Part shown: positions 41,501 to 55,988 of the stretch, one piece after another | Position numbering within the stretch: the stretch's first letter is position 1 | Layout: each line of letters opens with the position of its first letter | Source of the DNA: Eledone cirrhosa | Lineage: Eukaryota | DNA: 64,000 bases | Direction of reading: 5' to 3' | NCBI GenBank assembly: GCA_964016885.1 | Contig: OZ024740.1 | Coordinates: 260,896,001 to 260,960,000 of the forward strand | Notes under the pieces: model-generated | The model's database searches: none | What the model was told of the DNA's origin: nothing | What the model saw: the letters and a program-made list of their open reading frames with translations, nothing else | Program-made: the position numbers and the translations under genes

Positions 41501-42159
41501 TCTTCTTCTTCTTCTTCTTCTTCTTCTTCTTCTTCTTCTTCTTCTTCTTCTATAGATGATTTATACAACACAGTTGCTCCCTTGACTCTCCACCTACATC
41601 CATCACATGTTCTGCTCCTCTGCCTCACTTTATCCACCTTTATACATACACTTGTCACCACCACCACCCCTACACACATGTATGTATAGTTATATAATAA
41701 ATATTTATGCACAACACAACCTTGTGAATGTAACGAAATCCTTATCCTCCTCATCATCATCATCATTGACATTATCATCAACATCAACATCACTGCCACC
41801 GCTATTATCATCAACATTATCATCAACATCATCATCAACATTATCATCACTACACCCATGTGAAGTAGTCATACTGGTGCCACGGCAAAAAGCATCCAGT
41901 CCACTATGTAATGCAGTCATGCTGGTGCAATAACGAAAACTCTTAGTTCACCTTGTAAAATGGTAGTGGTGGTACCACAAAAAAGTTCCCAGTACATGCT
42001 GTAATGTGGTTGGCATTAGGAAGTGCATCCAGCTGTAGAAACTTAGCAAAAAAAAAAACTGATCCATATGATTAAGATGGTCTCTTGGCCAGGCTAACCT
42101 CATAATGTGTCAGCTTGTCTAATCCATGCTAGCATGAAACATATACAGCAGTGATGAGG

Positions 42160-42239
<80 letters not shown>

Positions 42240-42857
42240 GATGGCGATGATGGCGATGCCCAGAAACAGGTGTATACACACTGCCGTATCTACAAAAGCA
42301 CACATATACACACGAATACATACATGCACACACATTCACAGACAGACATATACAAACATACAAATATACTCATACACACACACACACACATAGAACACAT
42401 GTACTAAAAACATGTACACACATACACAATACATGTACACATACAGATAGATCTACAAGCCCACACACATATAGACACACGAACCAACACACAAATAAAC
42501 ATACATACATATTAAAACACATACAGACACACACAAACACATACACACACTGATACACACGGACACACATACAAACACACACACACACAGAGATATACAC
42601 ATACACATGCAGACACATGCACAAACACATATACACACACAGGCACATACACATTCACACACACACATGTACATACATACAAACAGATACACACACAGAC
42701 ACACATACACATTCACTCACACAGACAGGTACACCCACCCACACATATTAAACAAACTCATATAGATGTAAAGACATGAAGTCACCTGTACAAATACACA
42801 AATAGATACACACACAAAAATTCACACACACACACACACACATACACATACACACAT

Positions 42858-42896
<39 letters not shown>

Positions 42897-43107
42897 CACA
42901 CACGCGCACACACACACACACCCACATATGTAGCTGTATAATTATAGTAGGAAATATCACCATAGCAACGTTATCTACCCGTGATTACTGTTATCAATAT
43001 AGACAGTATCATACCTCGCTAACATAAATCTATATTTACATCTCTTCTAACATCATCACCATCATCATCACCATCGTAACCATCATCATTATCACTCTCA
43101 TCAACGC

Positions 43108-43156
<49 letters not shown>

Positions 43157-43214
43157 TCCATCATCATTATTATCATAGCAATTATCACACCTCCACCACA
43201 AGAACAAGTTACAA

Positions 43215-43440
43215 GAGCAACAACAACAATAGCAATAACATCATCAAAACAACAACAACAACAACAACAATAACAACAAAAGCCATTACAACAATAACAG
43301 CAACAGCAACAACAACAACAACTACAACAACAACAACAAAATACACTACAACAATAACACCAACAGCAACAAGAGGAGCAACAACAACAATAAAAACAAA
43401 ACCCATTACAACAATAACAGCAACAGCAACAACAACAACT

Positions 43441-43471
<31 letters not shown>

Positions 43472-43650
43472 AATACACTACAACAATAACACCAACAGCA
43501 ACAAGAGGAGCAACAACAACAATAACAACAAAACCCATTACAACAATAACAGCAACAGCAACAACAACAACAACTACAACAACAACAAAATACACTACAA
43601 CAATAACACCAACAGCAACAAGAGGAGCAACAACAACAATACCAACTACA
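43215..43650. repeat. (CAA)n-derived higher-order repeat, 120-130 bp, 3 units
   Basis: CCATTACAAC..AAATACACTAC..ACAAGAGGAGC recurs three times. Confidence 0.8.
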
Positions 43651-43959
43651 AACTCTCTTAGCAACCCATCTTCAGATTTATTTTCTCCTTACTGTCAAAT
43701 TTCTTTTATCGTTGTCATCGTAAATTGTCTTGTAGAGATGTTAAATGTTATTTTTTCATTTCTGAAAGACATTTTAGCAAACAGCACAGCAAATGAGAAA
43801 AAAAAAATCTTTGCTCTCTCTCAAAGAAAAAACAAAACTATATATATATATACTTACTGAATTACTTTGCCATGCCCGCCGAAATGCGATTCTCGCTGAA
43901 TCTTTATTTGTATATATATATGAGTAGAAGGGGTATTTCATTTGTTGGAAGTCCGACAA

Positions 43960-45790
43960 ATATAAATGTTTATAACTGATTTAGAGCACTCAAGTTACTA
44001 GAGTAAATATTCAATGATATTAAATAAATGGAAACTATATTTATAAAACCCTATTTATTTTATTATATATATTTCAAGGGTGCCAAAACATATTGGTACG
44101 CTTTCCTCAGCTAAAATACAAAGTTTGTTTTATAAATAGAGACATACCCAGGAAAATCATACCTTATCAGTTGGATATTCTCTGGATAGTGGAAATATAT
44201 TAGGGATTTTTCAAACTTATGGGTGAATATGCAAAGGAATGTGTAAATAATTGAAAAACAACCGTTTATTTAAACGACTATGGAGAGAGAGAGAGAAGAG
44301 AGAAGAGGAGAAGGATAAAATAGTGCGAAAGAGAGAGAAGAAAGAAAAAAGGGAAGATGAATAAAAACTCATATAACGTTAATTTGAGAGAAATATATTC
44401 TAAGTATATATCTTAATAGTACGTGTATTTACGATTATTAGTTGTTTAAAATTTGTTTATAATATAATATTTTTCTTCTGTTATAAATAGATAAATAAAT
44501 AAATAGATGGATATATCATGTTATAGATAATTGTTCTAATGAGTTATGAGGGATATTGGTTTTGCATTTTATGTAAATAAATATTAAGTTAAATTAAATT
44601 AAATTAACTGAGTTAAGAAGAATATTTATATTTATATGATTGAAAATGGGAAGATACGGAAAAAACTCCGGTTTTATTTATTTATTCGTTAGTGTGAGAC
44701 TATTTAGTCAAAATAAGTATAGATGTTGAAGATACATTTAGCCAGAATCAGTTAGTGGTTATAAATCTATTGAAAAAATATTGAAAAAATATTGAGAAAG
44801 TATTGAAAAAAATATAGAAAAAATATTGAAAAAATATTGAAAAATTTGAGAAAATTTTTTTTTTTTTATAAGTGATAAGTAATTTTTAAAGAAATAAAAA
44901 AATTAGAATTATATACGTATATATTTTATGAAACTTTAAGAAGTGGAATTACAGCAAATGTTATAGATATTATGATTTAGAGATATCAATATATTAAAAC
45001 CAAGTGGATGAGATTGTTATAGAAATTAGTAGGAATATTATAAGTATAATTATAAGTTATATATAGTTCTGAATGTTGAATTCTGGCGATGTCTACAAGA
45101 ATTAAATAAATTCGTTCTTAGAGTAATAGAGTTTTTACATTTAAGTATGTAAAAAATTTCTTCAATACACAATTTGCAGAATCTAGATAAAACTGTGTTT
45201 CAGTACGCGGTTGCTTTTGAAATTGTTTCCCAAGCTAATGAATAGTCTATATTCTTGCGTTTTAAGTTCCATATCAGGTTTGAAAGAGAAGTTGAAGATT
45301 TTTTATCAAATCTTCGGAAAGAACAATTGTGGTTATTCCAGCGAATTTTAAATTCTGTAGAAGTGGCACCGACATAGTTAAATATATTATCACTAGTTTA
45401 ACTGTGCATTTATAGACCACGTTTTTATCTAAACACTTATTTTGTAAAGGACAGTTTGATTTAATTCTACAGTTACATTTTGCGGAGTAGTTGTTGTTCG
45501 GGACGGTACTATTATGTTGGATATTGTTAGAGGTATTACTCCTATTTGGGTTATTTTGGTTAGGGTTTAAATTTCTATTATTAATTCTATTTATATTTTG
45601 TGCTACGTTCATAGTAGTAGAGTAGGATAGTTTTATAGTATGTCTGTTAAAGATAGAGTGGTATCTGTGGACTTTAGGAAAACATTTATCTAGCTTTGCT
45701 AAAGGTGTTTTTACGCTTAATGAGAATGGGGGTGAGTACTAAATAATATTTCTAGTTCTAGTTCTTCTGTTAGTTTTAGAGTTTAAGTTA
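43960..45790 (-). mobile_element. Penelope-like element (Naiad-like) 3' half: RT end, GIY-YIG, 3' UTR, hammerhead
   Basis: FPKVHRYHSIFNRHTIKLSYS; KCNCRIKSNCPLQNKCLDKNVVYKC; CKLCIEE; SCRHR (frameshifted). HHR at 44057-44117: ATTTTAG CTGAGGA..GAAA TATATA TA ATAAAAT. Confidence 0.85.
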
Positions 45791-45926
45791 CATTTTTTTT
45801 ATCATTATTACAATTAATAGTAGGGTGATTTGCCTTATTACTGTTGTCAATGTATTTAATCTTATTTGTATAACCTGCTCTATTTAAAGCTTCTTATCGT
45901 CAAAATTGTTTTTATTAGCGGAGATA

Positions 45927-45997
<71 letters not shown>

Positions 45998-46310
45998 ATC
46001 CTTGCAAGCAGGGAAAAGTGGACGTAAAATGATGATGATGATGATGATGATGATGAAACAACGACAAGGAAAACAATCTTGATTTCTGTGAAGCCCCTTC
46101 CTACCGACCCCCTACCTGATAATTGATGGTTAATATGATAAATTTCAGCCATGTTGCTATTACCACCAATTAAAACATAAGTAATTGGAAAAACCAACAG
46201 GAATTCTAGCCAGTGAAGAATCCCACTTATAGTATTCACGGAATCGTAAATATCTTCCGCAATTTTTAATGGCCTTTTTCCTGGCAATATATATATATAT
46301 ATATATATAT

Positions 46311-46694
46311 ACGTGGGAAAGTAAAAAAATCGGAGAATCGACCGTTAAAACATGTTTATTTAAAATATCACCTACGTACGTTTCGCCCAGTTGGGCTTCT
46401 CAAGGGCATAAATAATCACAAGTGTTCCTTATATAGTTCGGAAAGAGTTTTGGGGGTTAAATCTACATCAAGATTCATTGCTCGCAATGAATCTTGATGT
46501 AGATATTTTTGCGAGCAATGAATCTTGATGTAGATTTAACCCCCAAAACTCTTTCCGAACTATATAAGTGATTATAAGATATACTTGTGATTATTTATGC
46601 CCTTGAGAAGCCCAACTGGGCGAAACGTACGTAGGTGATATTTTAAATAAACATGTTTTAACGGTCTATTCTCCGATTTTTTACTTTCCCACGT
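46311..46694. mobile_element. Fold-back element with variant-core hammerhead-like motif in each arm
   Basis: Mirror arms with nested central repeats. Plus-strand motif 46598-46637: TGCC CTTGAGAA GCCC-AACT-GGGC GAAA CGTACG TA GGTG. Confidence 0.8.
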
Positions 46695-46850
46695 GCTTAC
46701 GCTCTGCTAACTCTCTAGCCCACTAAATATTAACACTTCGAATATTTAATACTGCCGGCACTAGTATCGAGCACCTTTGGCATACGCTACTTGGCAAATA
46801 ACTATATGTATCACCTATCCCTCCTTTTTCTCTCTTTCTCGATACGTAAA

Positions 46851-46905
<55 letters not shown>

Positions 46906-47324
46906 ATCACTTTTTAACGCTAAATTATTAATAACAATATACCGTATTTGCTGGCCTATATTTTACGTTATGCTTTAGGAACATGTCACCCTTGAAGAAC
47001 GGGGAACAACTGTATTTGAAATATGTTCAAATATGTTTCCTTCGTTTGTTTTCTGTCATATAATAAACTACCCCAAAAAAAACTCAAAAACTTAAAATTT
47101 TTTTTAGTTATGTATTTTATGTTATAATTATATATATGAAAATTTTATGACCCCAACAGCTAGATCCGAACCATTCGGATCTAGCTGTTTAATGAGCTGG
47201 AGTTCAGCCATCGGGTTCTCAAATCTTTCATATTACCCACTCTACTACCCCAAATATTGAATATTCTGGTGAGTAACGGTCTAACTGGGTTTTACCACCT
47301 CCATTCTGATTATATATATAGATC

Positions 47325-49275
47325 AAGGGAGCACACCAGCCAGATAGATTTTATTCTGACTAGAAAATGAGACAGAGTGTGTGTTATGGACACTAAGTCC
47401 CTCCCTCATGAAGAATGCAACTCCCAACATAGCTTAGTAGTTAGTGACCTCATAGTTAGGACCAGACGTTCTCGTCGACAGAGGAATACCTCAAGGAGAA
47501 GATTATGAAAATTAAAGAACCCCACAGCCAGTAACAAATTTAAAAGCATATTATTTTATACTTTTGACAGTAAGGAAGAGCAATTAGAGACATACAATAT
47601 AGAGGAACAGTGGGATTTCCTGAAAGTTAACCTGCTGAAGGCAATGGATGAAATCTGTGGCTGGAGCGGACCTATAGGCAGGAGGAGATTGACATGGTGG
47701 GGGAACAGTAAGGTGGAGGAGTGCATCAAGGGCAAAAAGCAGGCGTGGAAAGAATGGCAGGATGAGGGTAGTAGAGAACTCTATCAGGTGGCTAGGAGAG
47801 AAGCTAGGCAACAAGTATACTTTGCAAAAAAGGAATCAGAAAATAGAAAGTTCGAGCATATTCTTCAACGCAAGGACCAACATCGTGAAGTATTCAGGAT
47901 TACAAGGAAAATTGCGATATTGTCGAGAAGTGTGTCCATAATGATGATTGTGTACATGCCCTCACTGATACCGATTAGAAGGTAGTTTTGAAGTGCCATT
48001 ACAAGAGACTACTAAATGAGAAGAATGAATGGGATAAAGATTGATCCAAGAGAGGGACCAGCTGTGCAAGTTAATGGTAGTATAGTAAGTAAGGCAATCA
48101 AAGATATGAAGACAGGCAAGGCAGCTGGGCCTTCGAAGATAGTTGCTGAAATGTTGAAAGCATCTGGAATGGTGGGACATACTATGGTCACCCGGATAGT
48201 AAACCAAGTAATACAGAATGGGGTCATACCAAATGACTGGCGTAGCAGCAGCATCATCAACTGCTACAAGGACAAAGGAGACGCCCTAGATAGAGGAAAC
48301 TATAGAGGTATTCAGTTAGTTGACCAGGTCATGAAGGTCGCAGAAAGAGTTATTACTCAACTGATTAGAGACTGAATTGATCTAGATGAAATGCAGTTTG
48401 GGTTTGTGCCATGTAAAAGTACCGCGGATGCTCTTTTCCTTGTACGGCAACTACAGGAGAAGTACCTAGCTAAAGGTAAACCCCTCTACTTAGCTTTTGT
48501 TGACTTGGAAAAAGCCTTTGACAGAGTCCCCCACTCCATTATCTGGTGGGCTCTTAGAAAACTAGAAGTAGATGAGTGGCTTGTGAGAGCTATTCAAGCC
48601 ATGTATAGAGGAATTTTGCATAAAAGTAGGTGTTCACCAAGGCTCCGTCCTTAGTCCCCTCCTGTTTATTATTGTCCTACAGGCTATAACAGAAGTGTTT
48701 AAGACTGGCTGCCCATGGGAACTTCTATATGCAGATGATGTAACTCTCATAGCTGAATCTATGGCTGAACTAGAGAAGAAATTCCAAACATGGAAGCATG
48801 GCCTAGAATCAAAAGCCTTAAAGTTAACTTGTCTAAGACTAAAGTTCTAGTTTGTAGAAAGGAAAATAGGACACAGGTGCCCTCTGGGAAATGGCCATGC
48901 TCAGTGTGTAAGAAGGGAGTAGGTAGAAATTCCATTCTATGCCCCAAATGCAAACTACGGGTGCATAAAAGATGTAGTGGGATCAGAGGTAAGTTACCTA
49001 AGAATGTAGATTTTATATGTGGCCGATGCTCAGGTACAGTAAGTAGCAAGAGCCCACCGGATACTAGCTCCTTGAACTGCCCAGATGGTTCTATAGAAAT
49101 AGTAGACACTTTCTGTTACCTGGGTGATAAAATCAGCAGTGGAGGAGGGTGTTCTAAAAGTACAGTATCCAGAGTTAGAACGGGATGGAAAAAGTTCAGA
49201 GAGCTAATACCATTATTGGCCACAAAGGGTTTTTCTCTAAAAATGAAAGGCAGATAGTATGATACTTGTATACGA
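47325..49275 (+). mobile_element. Degenerate RTE LINE with PHD-like Cys/His finger inserted in the RT region
   Basis: SQIDFIL, GNYRGIQL, QFGF, AFVDLEKAFDRV, LYADD, CSVCKKGVGRNSILCPKC..VHKRCS..CGRC and FCYLG, with stops and frameshifts. Confidence 0.9.
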
Positions 49276-49544
49276 AAAAAAATTCAAATATGAACTCCTA
49301 ACTATCATTTTTCATAATATCTCACATCATCATCATCATCATCATCATCATTTAACATCCATTTTTTATGCTTTAATGGATTAGACAATCTGTCATGTTT
49401 TGAGGCTAGCCAGGTCAAGTGACCAAGTCTTGCTCATACAGATCTGTTTTTGATTTGGTTTCCTATGGCTGGATGCCATTCTCAATCCAACAACACTATC
49501 GTGTGTACTGGGAACTTCTCTCATGGCAGCACCACTACCACTAC

Positions 49545-51838
49545 CATTTTACAGTGTGGACTTGAGTCCTTTTTTGGTGTGGCACCAACACTACCAGTTC
49601 CTTTTCAGTTTTGTTTTTTTCTAAAGCTACTTCCTTGCTAAATGCTATCGATTCTATTCTAATTGCTCTCTTGATGGAGCTCCACCACCTGTTGTTGACG
49701 ATCGCCCCCGTCAACTGGCACTTAACTAAGGTGCTAATCCGTTTACTGGAGGCCTTACGCGCCGGGAGCGACATGTTTAGCTTCCAGTATCCGGGTCCTA
49801 GTCTATGTGTTCTATCAAGGTTGACTACGCAGGTGACTAATTTGTGGTCTGAATAGGCAACCATCTGCATTTGTGGACAGCTTAATGTTTCTTTATCATT
49901 CTGTCTAATTAAAAATCTATCTAAATACGATCTAGAAGACCCAGTGCGGTTGCTCCACATCCACAGTGGTATACTTTGGAAGTCTAGTCAATATTTATCA
50001 ACCAGTTGGAATTGGCTGATGAGATGTTTGAGGCTATTACACCCCCCTCTATTATCACAAGCTCCTACATAGTCGCAACGTGCTTCTAAGATGCCATTCC
50101 AGCTACCCGCTAACACTAAGGAACGAGACGTTCTCAGGAATGGCTCCAGTCGCTTGAAGAACTCTGGTCGAGATGTCCCAGTCGGGGCATATACGGCCAC
50201 CAGTCTGAAAGCTCCACCTTCACTACCATTCACGTCCAGGACCACCAGTCTGCCCTCCGGGTCCAAGTGAATCGTCTGTATTTTGAGATCCAAGTTTTTT
50301 CGAAACAGAACAGCAACTCCCTCCACCTCCTGGCTGACAGAGAGATGCGTAGATCTCAAAATCATAGAACATGGGGGTTAGCTGCTGCTTGTCGTGAATC
50401 CTGGACTCGGTGATGGCTATCACATCTATACAATGTGACCTGAGATCATTTAAAAGCTGTTTCCAGGACATACCCAGGCCACGTACATTCAAACAACCAG
50501 CTTGTATAGTCGCCATGTTGGTGAAGAAGAGTTAAGGAGAGAAAAGGCAGGAACACTTACCTTTTCGTTTCCTGGAGGTCGGGTTATTCGATCTCCATGT
50601 CCAGATTGGTGGTGTTTGGGGAGGGAGGGAATCCTTTTAGCAGGACACGGTTAAGGGGCTTTTGGCAAGGGGGGGGGGGGGGGCACATCATGTGGGAAGT
50701 TCTCTTTTAAAGTTTCATACTGTAGGGTTGTTACCCTGATAAGTTTGAGGTTTGGGGGTGGGTCGTTGGTGGGGAAGGTTTTCCCTTCCGTTTGTATTGT
50801 GGGGTCCTTTCGGACAGTTTCCACCAATTCTTTGTTTCTTGTTTTTATGTATGTGTAATGTGTTTTGTTTTTTATGTGTACTGTTTCTGTTTGTAGTTTT
50901 CTTTTTGTGGTTGAGGTTTGTGATTGTGGAGGTGTGGGTGTTTGTTTTGTTTGTGAAGTGTCTGGTTGTGTTGTTGGTGTGGTTGTCGTTTGTGGCGGTA
51001 TGTTTATGTCAGTGTTGGGTGTGTGCATGTTTTCAGTTGATGTTTTTGTTGTATTTTTTCTGTGTCTTTTTTGCTTCTTGGATTTTTGGGGTTCCTCTTC
51101 ATCCTCACTTGGAGATGTTGAGGTTCCCGTGTCTGAGGTGTTATCATTGTGGATAGGTGGGAGGGGTATGTTGTGTGGTGGTGGAGTGTTTGTGTGTGTT
51201 TTTGTGGGAGTGTTGGACTGAGGGGGAGGGGTTGGACAGAGTCTTTCAGGGGAATTTTTGGTGTGGTGTCTTTTGTGGTTTGTGATAGTTGGGTGAATGT
51301 TGATGGTTTGGAGGTTGTGTTTTTTTTGTTTTCGGGTGTGTCTGTTGTAGTTTTGAGGTTGGCAACAATGCCTTCTTTTGTTTTTCCACATCCAGCATTG
51401 GGTAAAATGCTTTTAAATGTGTGTTTTTTACACATTTGAAACATTGTGGTCTTTTGCCTTCCACTGCGATGTGGACAACATGGTTATCATCCACCGGCAC
51501 CCTTTCCGATATTTTTCCAATCCTCTCCGGTTTCATTTGAACTAAAAGCTCAATTGAGGTCCCGCTCCAGTTCTGTCGGATTGATTTTTTAGTTGTCTTC
51601 ACCCTCCTCCAAAAAACCACCCAGGATCCACCAAATGTTGGTGTTCGGTGGGATCTGGGAGATCCTTATTTTATGGGTTCTTCTTCCCATGTATGTTGGG
51701 AAGATGTGTTGGCTCGTTCTAATTGGAGCCACCGAATATATCTGGGCGAGGGCCTCACTTTTAAAGAGCACCGAGATGCTTAGCCCTCTGGCGGTAAGCA
51801 ATGTCTGACATTGCCTCCTTTACCACGGTTTCCACCGT
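49545..51838 (-). mobile_element. Tx1/L1-clade LINE: ORF1 (zinc knuckle) and ORF2 APE endonuclease, 3'-truncated
   Basis: ORF1 CFKC..H; ORF2 starts at 50516 with MATIQAGCLNVRGL, then ITES, VYAP, SYLDRF, SDHK and GYWKLN. Confidence 0.88.
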
Positions 51839-51839
51839 G

Positions 51840-51893
<54 letters not shown>

Positions 51894-52462
51894 TGTTTCT
51901 TTATTAGCCACAGGGGCACAAAATAAGGGGACAAATACAAAGGTGGAAGTTTACATACAATAAAAACGTGTAAAATATTATCACAAATGCAATTTAAAAA
52001 ATTAGTCGATTTTCTCCAATAGGGGAGACAGTTCATATGGGTAACACATACCTCCGAAAAAATGTGCAACCCTCATCTCCAGGAGTACGAAGAGTTTGTA
52101 CTCCCTTCCTCTCCTCCTCCTTTTCCTCAACCTACAGGCCACTTTCACCCACCTTTCATAAAACTTGCTGGGGTACAGCACCTCTCTCTCCATCCTGGTT
52201 CTTCTTCCAAAGTGGTATTTGAAAAAAAGAATCAGTTGTTGGCCGGAGAGAAAGGTGTCTGACCTCAACCCTTTCAACCTTGTCCACCATACAACCTCTT
52301 TCGCCATAGCTATCACACAAAGGAAAACCGCCTCTCCTTCGTTTTTGAAGGAGGGTGGCGGTTTTATCATGACAATGGACTCGGTGGTCAACCGGATTGG
52401 TCCCACCCGCGACAATAGTCGTTCTACATAGCCCCACAGGTCAGTGACGCCCGGGCAGTGTA

Positions 52463-52521
<59 letters not shown>

Positions 52522-52600
52522 TATTTCTTTATTAGCCACAAGGGCACAAAAGAAGGGGACAAATACAAAGGGGGAAGTTTACATACAATAAAAACGTGTA

Positions 52601-52665
<65 letters not shown>
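51840..52665 (-). mobile_element. Two 5'-truncated Tx1 3' ends separated by (GATA)n tracts
   Basis: LHCP..W..VE..L ORF2 end at 52460-52100. The 3' UTR TGTGGCTAATAAA recurs at 51895-51970 and 52522-52600, with a plus-strand copy at 55380-55512. Confidence 0.8.
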
Positions 52666-52666
<1 letters not shown>

Positions 52667-53509
52667 GAATGAATGGATGGATAGATAGATGGATGGATGG
52701 ATTTCTGCCTTGTACATTGAAGCAGAAATATTAATCTTCAAGTTGATAAATTTTTAATGCTTTAAACCTGTTCTATGAATTCCCTCATTAAAATTCACAT
52801 GTAATACTCCAAGATGGTTGCATAATATCCATGGCTTGGTTGGTTTCACTTTGGGATCCAGCTGGACCAGTTGGAGATGGTTGCTTCTGACAGGATCTGC
52901 TGGAAGGAGTGTTTGAGCACTCTGCCACCATGACCCTTGCAGGAATAAGTGGGAGAAGAAGAAGAAGAAGAAGAAGAAGAAGAAGAAGAAGAAGAAGAAG
53001 AAGAAGAAGAAGAAGAAAATCTGCCCACTAATGCAGGTGCAATAAACATTTGAGTTAACAAAAACATTTTGTGATATTTTCTGCTAAATCATTGCAAGAT
53101 GCTAAGTAAATGGATGCAGAACCATTGGATAGAATACTTTATGATATTCATTGGCTCCACCAGGCTCAAAATGCCCTAGAAGCACCATATGTCAATACAG
53201 CGCCCATACAACTGTATCAGAAGTTATGAGCCTTAAGAGAATATGTTATGTGGGAGCTGGGTGGGGGATGGGGGTAATATAGAAATTAAATTTTGTTACA
53301 AAGAGTCAAACAGCTAAAAAGTTTCAGAAGCTCTTTTTATGAAGGTACGTCAAGCAGGAAAGTTTTACATCAAATGTGCAGGGTAATGCAACTGGTGTAG
53401 TGCATATGATGCAGTGAAAATGTGTAACCACTTAAAACATCCTGTATAGTTAAGTGATCTTCTTCCTCATCTCATTTCATCTGACACTCACGCATATCAT
53501 ATTACATAG

Positions 53510-53544
<35 letters not shown>

Positions 53545-54112
53545 TGGGGGTGGTTGTGTTGGTGGTGATGATGAAGTGGGTGGTAGTGATAGCGATGGTG
53601 GTGGTGGTGATGATGGAGGTGGTAGGGATAATGAGGATGGTGATGGTAGTTGTGGAGGTGATGATTGTGGTGGTGGAGATGGTGGAGGTGGTGGTGGTTT
53701 TGGTTATGATGGTAGTAGTAGTGTTGATGGTGGTGATGATGGTGATGTGGTGGTTGTGGTTGTGGTGGTGGTGGTGGTGATGGAGATGGTGGTGGAGATG
53801 ATGGTGATGGGGATGGTGGTTGTGGTGGTTGTGGGGATGGGAGTGTGGGTGCGATGGCGATGATGGGAGTGATGGCATTGTTGAGGATGATAGTAATGAT
53901 TGTGATAATGGTGGTGATGATGATGATAATAATGGTGACAGTGTGATTGTGTATGGGGTTAGTAATAATGATGACGATGGTGATGATGACTATGTGTCTG
54001 TGTGTGTATGGGGGGGTGATGGTGATGATGATGGTGCTGATGATGACATTTCTTCCTTTGTTTAAAAGTCATTTTTTTTATTGTATCCCATTTCCCTTTG
54101 TAGCATATTACT

Positions 54113-54151
<39 letters not shown>

Positions 54152-55169
54152 TCTCACTCTCTCTCCCTCTCTCTCTCCCCTCTCTCTCTTTCTCTCTCCC
54201 CCTCTCTCTCTCTCCCTCCCCTCTCTCTCTCTCTTTATTTTTTTCTTTCATTCCCACTCTTACCTTTCCCTCACTTAATCTCCACTTCACCTTTGTCAGA
54301 ACTAACCACCTTACTCCCCTCTTACTCTATATCGATCAGTCTCCCACTACTCCATTCTCATCCCAGTCTTAATCAATAACTACCTTGTCTAAATCACTTA
54401 AGGTAATATTTCAATCTGAAATACAGTAACAAAATAAATAAATAAATAAATAAATTAAAATAAAAAGTAACATCTTCCCCGCTCTTTCCTGCCTTCATTA
54501 ATGAGTACAGCACACCTGAGTGTAACTCTAGCTTTAACCTTTGACCTTTCAACATAGACCTAACCCAAACTCTAACCCTAACCATTGCTATAATTCTGGC
54601 CCTCTCTATCCCTTAGTCCTACAAAATAAACCTCAACTTTAATCCTAATGCTGACCCCGCCTATTCATCATAATTCTGGCCCTTTTTATCCCTTAGTCCT
54701 CCATCATAACTTCTAAAGTTCATCTCATTCCTCTACCTAACATTTGGCCAAGTTGTTAAAATGGCAGACAAAAGGCTTTCTTATATTCCTTTATCTGCTG
54801 AGTTCAAATCTCACCATGGTTATCTTTATCTTTTAACCTTCCAGGGATGATAAAATAAAGTACCAGTCAAGACTGGGCTTAGCATTAGGCAAATAGTCTG
54901 TGGTATTTAGTAATGTCACTATGTTTTGAGTTCAAATCCATGCCCTTCATCATTCTAGTGTTGATAAAATCCTAATTAGATAATACCTTTAGATTGGGGA
55001 TAGAGGGTAGGGTGAAGTAGTTTAATTATGACTGACATATACCACATAATAACAACAACAGCTACAACAAAAATAACAGCATCATCATCACAACAAGAAA
55101 GAAAACAATACCAATAACAAGATCACTACAGCAATATCATCATAGCAACAATAATAATGACATCATCAC

Positions 55170-55261
<92 letters not shown>

Positions 55262-55517
55262 TAGTGATGGTGGTGGTGGTTGAGGAGGAGGTCCTGTGCA
55301 CCATCCATGATGTGATCACTATGTGAAATATCTGACAACCACAGTAGTAATATAAGCTGTTCCACTATCTATCTATCCCCCCTATTGGAGATTTCGATTG
55401 TTATAATTGTTTGTTTTATATTTTTTTACACGACTGTATGTAAAATCCCGGGCATGTCTTTGTATTGTCCCCTTTTCTTGTGCACCCTTGTGGCAAATAA
55501 AGAAATCTATCTATTAA

Positions 55518-55557
<40 letters not shown>

Positions 55558-55644
55558 CATCATTTTACATACATATACACACATGCATACATACATGCAC
55601 ATACATACACACACACATGCACATACATGCACATTCATACATAC

Positions 55645-55678
<34 letters not shown>

Positions 55679-55704
55679 GTATATATATATATGTATATAT
55701 ACAC

Positions 55705-55746
<42 letters not shown>

Positions 55747-55795
55747 GTGTGTATGAATGTGCATGTATATATATACACATATATATATATATATA

Positions 55796-55957
55796 CTGTA
55801 AAAGTGGTTGGTGTTAGGAAGGGCATCCAGCTGTAGAAAACCCGCCAGACAGTCCTATGCGAGCAAGACAACCACTCTTGCCTCAAGTGGGAAAACTCCC
55901 GTCCAAACCCATGCAAGCGTGGAACATGGACGTTAAACGATGATGATGATGATGATG

Positions 55958-55988
<31 letters not shown>

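Noticed and set aside
45195-45205. In-frame TGA in Naiad-like GIY-YIG as selenocysteine
   Set aside because: It is not at a conserved Cys position, the Cys motifs use normal codons, and the copy is frameshifted.
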